A stretch of 64,000 bases of DNA, taken from the NCBI RefSeq assembly GCF_963921235.1, contig NC_086097.1, positions 199,084,001 through 199,148,000 of the forward strand, written 5' to 3'. The translations under genes were made by a program, and so were the position numbers. Under the pieces are notes generated by a model. The model was not told where the DNA came from. It saw nothing but the letters and a program-made list of their open reading frames with translations, and did no database searches. Of the stretch, positions 53,130 through 64,000 are shown one piece after another (position 1 is the first letter of the stretch; the number at the start of each line of letters is the position of its first letter). The DNA is from Mobula hypostoma. Taxonomy: Eukaryota.

Positions 53130-53970
53130 GCTTGAGGAACTCAGCAGGCCAGGCAGCATCTATGAAAATGAATAAACAGTCGACATTTCAGCTGGGACCC
53201 TTCTTCAGGGCTGGGAAAGAAGGAGGAAGAAGCCAGAATAAAAAGGTAGTGGAGGGGGAGAGGAAGTTGAATAGCTAGAAGATGATAGGTGAAGCCAGAT
53301 GGGTAGGTAAGGTAAAGGGTTGGAGAAGAAGCAATCTGATAGCAGAGGAGAGTGGACCACAGGAGAAAGAGGAGGAGGAGGGGACCTAGGGGGTGGTGAT
53401 GGGCAAATGAGAAGAAGTAAGAGGCCAGAGTAGGGAATAGAAGAAATGGGAGGAGGAGGAGGAGAAGGAGGAAAAGAGAAATCGATATGCATGCAATCAG
53501 GTTGGAGGCTATCTAGTTTTTGTTCCTCCACCCTGAGGGTGGTCTCCTTGTGGCACAAGAGGAGGCCATAGACTAACATGCCGGAAAGGGAATGAGAAAC
53601 AGAATTAAATTTTTGTCAACCAGGATGTTCCGCTTTTGTCGGATGGAGCAGATCTGCTGGATGGAGTGAACTCCCCCGCCCCCACCGCCAATTTACATTG
53701 GTCTCATCAGTGCTGAGCTGGATGTATTGGGAGCTCTGGACTCATCAGATGAACCCATTGGTGAAGTGCTTCCTCACCTGGGAGGACTGTTTGGCCCCGA
53801 ATGGAGGTGCAGAAGGAGTGACTGGGCAGGTGTAGCACTATGGACACTTCCAGTGATCAGTGCCGGCAGGGAGATGAGTGGGGAGAGATGAATAGGGAAG
53901 GGAATCACGTAGGGAGTGATCCCTGTGAAAGTGGTGTGGGGGGGGAAGGTGAAGATATGTTTGGCGGTAG
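53130..53970 (-). mobile_element. Old Penelope-like element fragment with hammerhead motif at 53177-53213
   Basis: CAGCC-CTGAAGA-AGGGTCCCAGCT-GAAA-TG-TC-GACTG; LVYGLLLCHKETTLRVEEQ endonuclease remnant. Confidence 0.82.
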
Positions 53971-55669
53971 GCTGCTCATTAGCAATGCTTTCAGAATGCA
54001 TGCCGTTAGGGAGAGCTCCCCTAACTTCCCAACAGCATGAGGGTAGGTGGAAAAACTAGTGCACTTACTGCCGAGCTGCCGATCACAACACATTCAATGC
54101 CCACAGCGTCCAGGAAATGCCACCATCAGGTAGAGACGAGAGGCTTTTTATCTGGTAAACTGCCCCCCCCCACCCCCCAGGCATCTCATTCCAGCACCAT
54201 AGCCTGACTCACTCTCTCTACTCTCTCCACAGTCCGATGGGTCTACAAGTGCAGGAGGCGCTGGTGGATTCTGGTGCAGAATTTTCTGGACAGATCCGTG
54301 TGCCCAGCTTGGATTCCCTACTGACTCCCTATTTCTCACCCCTCTACATCACAGCCATTGACAGATGTACCCTTGGGTTCTAGGGTGGTCAGAGAGTGAA
54401 TGTGGCCTGTGCACATGGGCATCAGGGAGCACCACGAGTCCATCCAATTCCCTGTGATTGCCTCACCCAACACTTCTCTCCTCCCCTCTTGTCCGAAACC
54501 AGTCAGAAGAATGATTACATGACTTTTGACAACTGTAGGTTTTCCTGTGATAAAGTATGCAATTTGCTGCACTTTCAAGTGTTAACTTGGAAATATATCA
54601 CATTCAGAAAGGGTTCTAGCTTGATGTTATTCATCTGGTGTGTGACTATGTGCCTGCCTTCTGCAGTACTTCACTCTATTATCTGCAGTTAAGCTATCCC
54701 CTTCAAACAGGTAACTGCTGGGCAATATGGTATCCTTCTCATTACGTGTGTCTTAACTTAGTGATCTAACCCATGAATAGATGAGCAATGTGAAGACAGT
54801 GGATGTTAGGGTGCTGCATTTTATTGGTAGGCTGCCCTGCAGTCTATCAGCAGAGCTTGGTAGAGTGGGTTGCAGGTAACAGCATGGCCAGATGTGGACC
54901 AAGGCCACACCTGCTCCCAAAAGTCAAACTGAAGAAAAACAAAGATTGAGAAAAATGAAGATTCCATAACTAATTTGTATATCAAAACTTGATGCAATCA
55001 TATAGCAATTTATTGCTCTGGTGCTTGTCTTCCTTTCATCCTTGACTATCCTAGTTCTTTACTGTATGACCACAGCAGGGAGTGGCATGGATCTTAGAAG
55101 GCTGCTGAAGTACAGAGGAGGACAAAGAAGGTGCTATTGCAGGGCAGCCTTGGGTTTATGAGAATTGTATCTTTGTGGTGCAAACAGCCATGGTGTAGTC
55201 CAGCTTTCAGATGCTGGTGGAATGGCAGTGGTGAGATCACAAATGTGATCTTGACAAAGGACGACCGATTCATGCTCCATGGAGACACTTCCTCGGGATG
55301 AAGTCTTAGAAATTCTAGTCGTCTAGTTGAGGATGCATTACAGCATTGCGTTGACATCCTATACCTTTTAACGAGCACCGGTATTGACATCTCTGATGGC
55401 AGCAGACATTCCACTGAAAAACTCAATGTTGGGTTGCATTGACAGCTGAGATACTGGCTATGAAGTATCAGATTGCTTTTCAGGATGACTGTCAATATTG
55501 GAATTGCCTTCTCTGATCGTAGAAGTACTGTAGTTAGTGATTGAGCAATGATGTGCAGTACAATGAACTATTTGTGAAGCTCGTGGTGTGGTTGGTGAAA
55601 CATGGCTATTGAAGATGCAAAAGACTGAGTTTAACAAAGCATGTGAGATCAGTTAATCTCATCTGATAT

Positions 55670-58600
55670 TGTCAAAGTCGAGTTTGTTGTCATAAGCACA
55701 AATCCATATATGCACAGGTGCAATGAAAAACGTAATTGTAGCAGTATCACAAGCACAGAGCTCATATAAGCGTCATTCACAAAGAAAGTATAAATTATTC
55801 TCAAACTATACGCAATTTTTACAAGAGTACGTCCATTTTAGTGCAATATAGTCAGTGATCATTGTGTTGCTAATCTCTAGTGATTAGAGAATTGCTGGTT
55901 GAATGTTTGAAAGCAAGTAACTGTTTTTGAACCTTTTGGTGAAGGAATTCAGGCTTTTTTACCTCCTGCCCAAAGGTGGCTGTGTAAAGATGGCATGGTC
56001 CGCGTGGTGGAGCTCTTTGTTGTTTATTGAGACAGCACTACCTGTAGATGCTACCAATGGTTGGGAGGGAAGTGCCTTTGATGTATGGGACAGAGTCCCC
56101 TACTATCTGCAGCTTCTTACGTTCTTGCACATTTGATTTACTGTACTGGGTGCTATGCCTATAATTATTTGTCATCTATATTTATGATCTGGATGATAAT
56201 TGGATCAGCAGATTTGTTGATGACACCAAGAATGGGAGTGTAGTGGACAGCAAAGGAAGGTTATCAGCTTTATTGGGATCTGGATCAGCTGGAAAAATGG
56301 ACTGAAAATGCAGATGGAATTTAATGCAGACAAGTGTGAGTTGTTGCTCTTTAGGAGGATAGGCCAGGATAGGACTTACATAGTGAGCTGTCGGGCTCTG
56401 AGGAGGCCAGTAGAGCAGTGGGATCTGGGAACAAAGATCCATAATTCCTCGATAGGGTTTTAAAGGGAGTTTGCAGCACATTGGTCTTCATAAATCAACG
56501 TGTTGTGTACAGGAATTAGGGTAATATGCTGACATTGTATAAGCTGTTGGTGAGGCCTAATTTGAATATTGTGCACAGTTCTGGAAAGTTCCTACGGGAA
56601 AGATATCAAGATGATCGAAAAAGTGCAGAGAAAATTTACAAGGACGTTGCCAGGACTTGAGGATCTAAGTTATAGGGAAAGGTTGAATAGGTTAGGACTT
56701 TATTCCATAGAGCATAGAAGAATGTGGGTAGATCTGATAGGGGTATACAAAGTCATGAGGGGTATAGATAGGGTTAATGTAAGCAGGTTTTTTCCACGGA
56801 GTTTGGGTGAGATAAGAACTAGAGGTTATGGGTTAAGGATGAAAAGTGAAATGTTTAAGGGTAACATAGTAGTCATAGTCATAGTCATAGTCATACTTTA
56901 TTGATCCCGGGGGAAATTGGTTTTCGTTACAGTTGCACCATAAATAATAAATAGTAATAGAAATAGTAATAGTAATATTACTATTAGTAAACAGTAATAG
57001 TCATGGAAATAATAACTAGCAATAGAAAATAGTAATAGTTAAATGTAAATTATGCCAGTAAATTATGAAATAAGTCCAGGACCAGCCTATTGACTCAGGG
57101 TGTCTGACCCTCCAAGGGAGGAGTTGTAAAGTTTGATGGCCACAGGCAGGAATGACTTCCTATGACGCTCTGTGCTGCATCTCGGAGGAATGAGTCTCTG
57201 GCTGAATGTACTCCTGTGCCTACCCAGTACATTATGTAGTGGATGGGAGACATTGACCAAGATGGCATGCAACTTGGACAGCATCCTCTTTTCAGACACC
57301 ACCGTCAGAGAGTCCAGTTCCATCCCTACAACATCACTGGCCTTACGAATGAGTTTGTTGATTCTGTTGGTGTTTGCTACCCTCAGCCTGCTGCCCCAGC
57401 ACACAACAGCAAACATGATAACACTGGCCACTACAGACTCGTAGAATATCCTCAGCATCGTCCGGCAGATGTTAAAGGACCTCAGTCTCCTCAGGAAATA
57501 GAGACGGCTCTGACCCTTCTTGTAGACAGCCTCAGTGTTCTTAGACCACTCCAGTTTATTGTCAATTCGTATCCCCAGGTATTTGTAATCCTCCATCATG
57601 TCCACACTGACCCCCTGGATGGAAACAGGGGTCACTGGTACCTTAGCTCTCCTCAGGTCTACCACTAGCTCCTTAGTCTTTTTCACATTAAGCTGCAGAT
57701 AATTCTGCTCACACCATGTGACAAAGTTTCCTACCGTAGCCCTGTACTCAACCTCATCTCCCTTGCTGATGCATCCAACTATGGCAGAGTCATCTGAAAA
57801 CTTCTGAAGATGACAAGACTCTGTGCAGTAGTTGAAGTTCGACGTGTAAATGGTGAAGAGAAAGGGAGACAGGACAGTCCCCTGTGGAGCCCCAGTGCTG
57901 GGGAAGAGGAGGAACATGAGGTGGAACTTCTTTACTTCTTCACTCAGAGGTTGGTAATAGGAAGTAATGGATGTAAGTTCGATTTCAACACTAAAGAAAA
58001 ATTTGGACGGAAGGGTATGGAGGGCTAGGGCTGCATTGCTCAATGGGACCAGGCATGGACTAGATGCACCAAAGGGCCTGTTTCTGTGTTGTGGTCTTCT
58101 GTGACTCAGTCACTCTATGATGCAGTCAGGATACTTTCAACAGTGCATCTTGTTAGACTGTACAATGACAAGCTGAACTTCCTTATCCTTCTCGGAAAGT
58201 AAAGACATAGATCAGCTTTCCTAATGAAACCCCACTGGTTTCCTTGACTGCGTAGGTCTAGGGAAGACACACTCCAGTCCCACCAACCTCATGAGATTGA
58301 GATGGCTCTCCCACCCTAAATCCTGGTCTGTGTGGATTGTGTGTAATTTGCTGCCCTGTTACAACACAGTGCCAAGAAACAACAGACAGCAGACTGCATA
58401 CGATTAAAGGAATTATATTTATGAATCTTGACTAAAGGTTTAGTAAAGAAAAGAAAGAAAAAAAACAAAAAGGACCCATTATAATTAAACAGTCAAACAT
58501 GCATCAATTGGAGCTCAATTCACCAATCCTCAGTTGTGCTCGCCGCCCTGTTCCATTGAATCACGATCTCCCCACCAAGTTGTATCCTATGACAGGTTCT

Positions 58601-59660
58601 CTCCAGCGTCTTCTCTCTTCATCTCTACACTGAACAAAAGACCTAGCTCACATTCCAAAGCATCCATTATCTCAAACCATAACCCAAACATTGCTTCCAT
58701 AGAAAGACCATTACATTAGCAGTGAAACCTTTCCCAGTGTGTTACTTTTATGATTACATCTATATAATGGGCCCAGGACAGGTCACTGAATATGTTAACA
58801 CCTTTGAAGTTAAGGCTGTTGCTTCCCTCCATCACCAATTTCACCAACCTAGATTGAGAAATGTGTGCCTTCCTTCCCCTTCCTGATGTCTACAATCAGT
58901 TGATTAGTTTTGCTGTATTTGAGCAAGAGCTTGTTTTCTTGGCACCATTCAACCCAGGTGACCTCTCTTGCTCTGGTTGCCAGCTCTGATTTGTCCAATA
59001 ACAGTGGTGTTGTTGGCAAATTTGAGATTGATATTGGAGCTATGCTTAGATCATAAGACACAGGAGATATTAGACTATTCAGCCCATCTAGTCTGCTCTG
59101 CTAATTCATCATGGCTGATCCTGGCTCCCATTCAACCCCATCCACCTGCCCTCTCACCATATTCTTTGATGCCCCAACCAATCAGGATATTATCAACTTC
59201 CACTTTAAATATACCCATGGACTTGGCTTCAATCGCAGTCTCTGGCAGAGCATTCTACAGGTTCACCATTCTTTAGCTAAACAAAAACCTCATTACTTCT
59301 GTTATAAAAGGTTGCCCCTAAATTTTGAGGCTGTGCCCTCGAGTTCTGGATACACCCACCAGAGGAAACATCCTCTCTCCACATCCACCTTAGCTGCACA
59401 GTCATGTGTGTAGAACAGGGGGCTAAGAACGAAGTCTTGAGGTGCACCTGTGTTGACGATAAGTGAGTAGGAAATATTGTTACCTATCCTCATTGACTGA
59501 GATCTGCTCTACAAGGAAGTCAAATATCCAGCTGCAGACGGAGGTACAAAGGCCCAGGTCTTGAAGCTTGATGAAAAGCCTGGACGTAATGATTGTGTTG
59601 AATGCTGGAGCTAAAATTGCCTGACATACCTATGAGTTCCTGTTTTCCAGATTGCAATGC
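55670..59660 (-). mobile_element. Old Rex1-like LINE fragmented by nested CR1 (56160-58120, +), an LTR-like segment (58225-58746) and a CR1 tail (59048-59390)
   Basis: Pieces NTGAPQDFVLSPL and VEWCQENKLLLKYSKTNQLIVDIRK, with 3' UTR at 55670-56150. The CR1 piece gives KVQRKFTRTLPGLEDLSYRERLNRLGL. Confidence 0.65.
56868..57912 (-). mobile_element. Young 5'-truncated Rex1/Babar LINE
   Basis: Open RT C-terminus ~57900-57087 (TGAPQGTVLSPFLF, KFSDD, NVKKTKELVVD, YKYLG); (catagt)n tail; short TSD aacat at 56863-56867 and 57913-57917 within a CR1. Confidence 0.92.
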
Positions 59661-61179
59661 CTACAGTAGAAAGAACAATGCCATCTGTGTCTTTAAATGT
59701 GACTGAAAACACCGGTACTCAGTTACATATGGTTAGTATAAAACCTCTTTCTTATGAAATGGACTGCTAACCCAAGGCTTATTTTGATTTGAACAGGATT
59801 GTAAATCTAGTTTTAATCCCAAGAGCATTAAGTAGCTCTTCAATAAGCCAATGAACAGTGCAGTTTGTGAAATTATTTATTGAAAACCTTCTAATAATCA
59901 GGTAGCACAAATTTGGTTCCTGCAACAGGTCATCTGCCTGTTTTGGGGAAATTGTCTAACATAATATTGAGAGATTTTAGGATTTCCAAATCCATTCTCT
60001 GAAATTATGCTCAATGTATGCTCATTTATTTCTATTGGTTTAAAGTGCAGGATTTGAATGACAATGAGGGCACATATTTCTTGTCAAGCTGCTGAAAGTT
60101 GCATCTTTATTAATTACTTATTATATATGTATATTTATGATGATTTATTTTTAATAATTTATAAATAAAGGGCTCTGCATATCAATTGAACTTCTATAGA
60201 TTCATTTCAACCCTCATATCATATTTGCAACATCAGAGGCAAGTTCTTGAACTTGCATTCCCTATCACACATTTTGCTCACTTGAAGAAAATGTTGAGAA
60301 TTCAGGCATTTGCCTTTCATATCTTTACTTCCACTCTTCTTAGTAGTATTTATCTTAAAATATGATATTTGAAGTACTCTAGTGTGGGAAGATCTGTCAG
60401 TGGTTTACACCCACTAGAAACTGGGACGAGATGGTATCAAACGCAGTTCATTTATAAGCTAAGAACATGATGTGAATTTATACCACCAATCTGTTCTGGA
60501 GTCAGTATTTGGGCTTAAGTGAAAGATCAGCATGTTCCCCAGCTTCCAACCAACACAAATTTCTTTTCCAGAATTCCATTAGATGAAATTATATTCGTGT
60601 TTCTACCTGCATCAGCTAGGAGGCTATAGAAGTTCAGAATAAGGCAGCAAGATATTAATTAGTGGGGGTAATGGTTGATATTAATGAATGACTCAAGTTG
60701 TGGCCCTGTTAGGTTACTGCTTCAATCATTCATTATCAGCATATTTTGGCTTCAATAAACCAGATGTTATTTATTACTTTGAAACAGCAGGGATGTAACA
60801 CAAGTGAGACATTCATGTATCTAACTCAATCTTCAAGTCTAAATTAACTTGGCATCTATTTACTATTGTTGTATTGAAGCCTCTATGGCATAACTGCATG
60901 CATCTTGGGAGGACTTCAAGATGTGAATATTGGGATTAGCTCATTACACACGGATTCACCCGGCAAAGATGAATAATAACGATGGTACAGTGCACAAGCA
61001 TGTAAATGAGATTAAGTAAAGTTATTTAAAAAATTGTTTTGCAGAAACAGTAGGGAAAACTGACTGTTCAAATTCAATTTATTTCCTGTTTTATTAATTT
61101 TGATTTAATTTCTATTCTGATCACAGCAAGTGAAATAATATACTTCATCTTAGAATCTGAGGAGAAAAATTCTGGCACT

Positions 61180-61405
61180 GTGCTGTGAGAAGACTCTTTA
61201 TGTCCTTCTCGGGAACGTGTGGGTTTTCTCTGGGTCCTCTGGATCCCCCCACCACAGTCCCAAAGACACACTGGGTAGGCTTCTTGGTCATTGTAAATTG
61301 TCCCATGACCAGATTGGAGTTAATCAGGTTTGGCGGGGATTGCTATGTGGTGTAGTTCAAGGGCATACTCTGTGGCGTATTGCTAAATACATAAATAAAT
61401 AATAA
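61180..61405 (+). mobile_element. V-SINE-like element
   Basis: gtgtgggttttctctgggtcctctgg...ccacagtcccaaagac...ggtcattgtaaattgtccc core and (taaa)n tail. Confidence 0.7.
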
Positions 61406-62816
61406 ACTGCCTGTAAAGTACACCATTTTAATCCAAACATTGATCATCATCATATAGAATATATGAGGGTTCACTGAGAGAATTAAACAATTTCTGTGGT
61501 TTTGTGAAAGTGCAACACTCATGAACTATCTCAAGGCAAAGCCTGGAATTTTGTTTACAGTAAAAGGAAACAATGGAGCATACTCTCTTGGCAAGTAAAT
61601 TGCTACTTGATTTTTTTGTGCAGATACATCAAAACACCTAGTAGAAACAACCTTGTTCCTCATTAGGGAGATCTGGCGTAGTTCAGCGCCTTCCTGACAC
61701 AACAGTTTCATGTGTGCTGCTAGTATTTTTCAGGAAAATCCAGATTAATATATCAATGAGAAATAATTTTGAGTGTTAGTGGAGTGAAATTTTTGGGCAT
61801 CTATTAGGCTTTGGATATTTGAGCTCTGGGCTTGGTTCAATGAATGCATACTGATTTGAAATTTGCAGTTCAGCTCAGAAGTCAGATCAATATTTGGATT
61901 GGTGACTGGAGCCAATATCTGTCAGTGTTCATATCCATGGTAATATATCCACTGAAAAATTAAACTACACCTGAAGATGTTGTCATGTTACTTTGTGAAG
62001 ATTAGAGAATAAGTAACAACAATGGTAGAGAACAACATGAATGATATTAAAGTAAATAATTATTTCATAATCAGAAATCATGGTGTTGGGTGCCATCAGT
62101 ATAGCTGATAAAAATCCAAAGGGAACTTAAATAAAAAATTTACAGCCTCATCTGTCATAATGGGGGGCATTGGGAACGGACCCAAATGCAAGACACAGAC
62201 ACTGAAGTACTAGGAACAGGAACGAACAAAACTAAATGACGGGACAGGACGCAGACTAAGAGTAGAGACAGGAACACAGACTAGGCTAGGGAAGCAGGGC
62301 CAGGACGAGGGACTGGGAACAAGGAGCCTGGGTGTGGACTCCAAGCCAGAGACTGGACAAGGACCCAGAACCTGGGTCTTGACTTGGGCTCGAACCCCCT
62401 TGCCTCGCTTCACCTGAAGCCCTTCCTCACCTCGTCTTCGCCTGTTCTCCAGGAACACAAGCCTCACCACGTCTTCAAAGTTGCTGGTGAACGCAGCAGG
62501 CCAGGCAGGGATGTAGAATTAAAATGTGTGGCCACTGGGAGATCCTGCTTTCTCTGGTGGACAGAGCATAGCTGTTCAGCAAAACAATCTCCTCTACTGT
62601 ACACATTTTAATTCCACATCCCATTCCCATTCTGATATGTCTATTCACGGCCTCCTCTACTGTAAAGATGAAGCCACACTCAGGTTGGAGGAACAACACC
62701 TTATATTCTGTCTGGGTAGCCTCCAACCTGATGGCATGAACATTGACTTCTCTAACTTCCGCTAATGCCCCACCTCCCCCTCGTACCCCATCCGTTATTT
62801 ATTTATATACACACAT

Positions 62817-62818
<2 letters not shown>

Positions 62819-62858
<40 letters not shown>
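62819..62858 (+). repeat. (TC)n microsatellite expanded inside the PLE
   Basis: About 19 TC units, where the paralog at ~9620-9650 has only a short GA run. Confidence 0.9.
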
Positions 62859-62860
<2 letters not shown>

Positions 62861-63088
62861 TTTTCTCCCTCTGTCCCTCTGACTATACCCCTTGCCCATT
62901 CTCTAGGTTCCCCCCCTCCCCCTTTTCCTTCTCCCTGGGCCTCCTGTCCCATGATCCTCTCATATCCCTTTTGCCAATCACCTGTCCAGCTCTTGGCTCC
63001 ATCCCTCCCCCTCCTGTCTTCTCCTATCATTTTGGATCTCCCCCTCCCCCTCCCACTTTCAAATCTCTTACTAACTCTTCCTTCAGTT

Positions 63089-63124
63089 AGTCCTGACGAA
63101 GGGTCTCGGCCCGAAACGTCAACT
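63089..63124 (+). ncRNA. Minimal type I hammerhead ribozyme motif with intact catalytic core
   Basis: AGTC-CTGACGA-A-GGGT ctcg GCCC-GAAA-CG-TC^AACT. Core CUGANGA/GAAA/UH is intact, with palindromic ACGT in place of stem III. Predicted cleavage after 63120. Confidence 0.82.
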
Positions 63125-63942
63125 GTACCTCTTCCTAGAGATGCTGCCTGGCCTGCTGCATTCACCAACAACTTTGATGCGTGTTGCTTGAATTTCCAGC
63201 ATCTGCAGAACTCCTTGTGTTTGCCACGTCTTCGCCTAGTTTTGGGGTCCAAGCCCGAGTCAAGACTCAGGTTCTGGGTCCTTGTCCAATCTCTGGGTCG
63301 GAGTCCATGCCCAGGCTCCTTGTTTCCAGTCCCTCATCCTGGTCCTGCTTCCCTAGCCTAGTCTGCATCCTGTCTCGTTATTTAGTTTTGTTCGTTCCTG
63401 TTCCTAGTACTTCAGTGTCTGTGTCTTGCATTTGGGGCCATTCCCACGCCCCCCATTATGACAGAACGACCCAGCCGCAGGGTAACGGCAATCGGACTGG
63501 CTTACCCGAAAGAGGCAAGGGACAGGAAGGGAGCTAGGACCGGGGTGGCTCCAAGACTTGAGGTGGCCGGTAACCTCGGCGGGCTACGGAACAGCCAAAT
63601 ACATATCTCGATGACTGCACTAGCCTTCCACCAGAAGCTTGCTTCCAGGGAATCTTGACAAGACAAACCAGCAGCCCACACTCGACCCCAAGGCTAATTA
63701 TATTTCAAGCCGCAAGATGGGAATCAGGTGCCTATGATTAACGCAACCGAAACAAGAGACAGCTGGAAGACCCGGAGTCCTGAGTCCACAGACCGGACCG
63801 TGAATCAGAATGCGGACTTCACGGACCGGACCATGACATCATCTCTCATGTCTGAGAAGAAAACGACATGCGAGGAGATCTCAGAAACAGCATGGACATA
63901 ACCACGTGATCAATTTTAGAAGTGCCTGCCACAGGGAAAGTC

Positions 63943-64000
63943 TTAGAAACATAGAAAACATGCAGCACATTACAGGCCCTTTGGCCCACAAAACTGTGCC
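63943..64000 (-). mobile_element. CR1/SINE 3' tail (continues beyond window)
   Basis: tagaaacatagaaaacatgcagcacattacaggccctttggcccaca, like 28515-28580. Confidence 0.7.

Larger units (their letters stand above)
62477..63223 (+). mobile_element. Penelope-like element 3' fragment with double 5' inversion and 10-bp TSD
   Basis: TSD ccacgtcttc at 62467-62476 and 63224-63233. THFNSTSHSHSDMSIHGLLYCKDEATLRLEEQHLI endonuclease tail, then a full terminal repeat. Confidence 0.92.
62153..63838 (-). mobile_element. Solo LTR (Ty3/Gypsy-like) with internal inverted duplication
   Basis: TGTCA...TGACA termini; 5-bp TSD tcatc at 62148-62152 and 63839-63843; TATA-like motif on the minus strand at ~63697-63704. 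62153-62398 is inverted-repeated at 63244-63462. Confidence 0.82.

Noticed and set aside
55090..55620. Possible very old Tc1-like transposase remnant
   Set aside because: Only a faint resemblance (NVILTKDDRF); no TIRs or further motifs.
56868..57070. Short tandem repeats as an array or CRISPR-like locus
   Set aside because: These are the (catagt)n tail and AT-rich 3' UTR of the Rex1 element; there are no repeat-spacer units and the context is eukaryotic.
62743..63361. Long ORFs (115-198 aa) as novel genes
   Set aside because: They run through the pyrimidine-rich PLE terminal region and a TC microsatellite; low-complexity chance ORFs. The same applies to 9294-9661 and 53205-53579.
63463..63475. 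Self-priming PBS complementary to the LTR transcript start
   Set aside because: Only ~6 nt of complementarity (cgaccc/gggtcg near 63684) is visible, too weak to claim.

Overview
Vertebrate genomic DNA. The repeat repertoire (CR1/HER1-type LINEs with esterase ORF1, V-SINE cores, Penelope-like elements) suggests a cartilaginous fish; this is an inference. The only host gene is the 5' end of adenylate cyclase 8 (ADCY8) on the minus strand: coding exon 1 at 2976-3833, exon 2 at 1098-1247, and a CpG-rich promoter with a perfect CRE at 4428-4435. The other ~58 kb upstream is dense, nested transposable-element sequence: three near-full-length CR1 LINEs, young CR1 and Rex1-like copies, an L1, Tc1 and pogo/Tigger remnants, mariner-type MITEs, SINEs and a rearranged solo LTR. 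The most interesting signal is a family of Penelope-like elements (PLEs) carrying minimal hammerhead-ribozyme motifs. Four insertions have 10-16 bp target-site duplications and two outward-facing, overlapping copies of the 3' terminal repeat. Several reduce to ~160-200 bp hairpins fused inside the ribozyme core. All coordinates and alignments were made by eye; no database searches were run.
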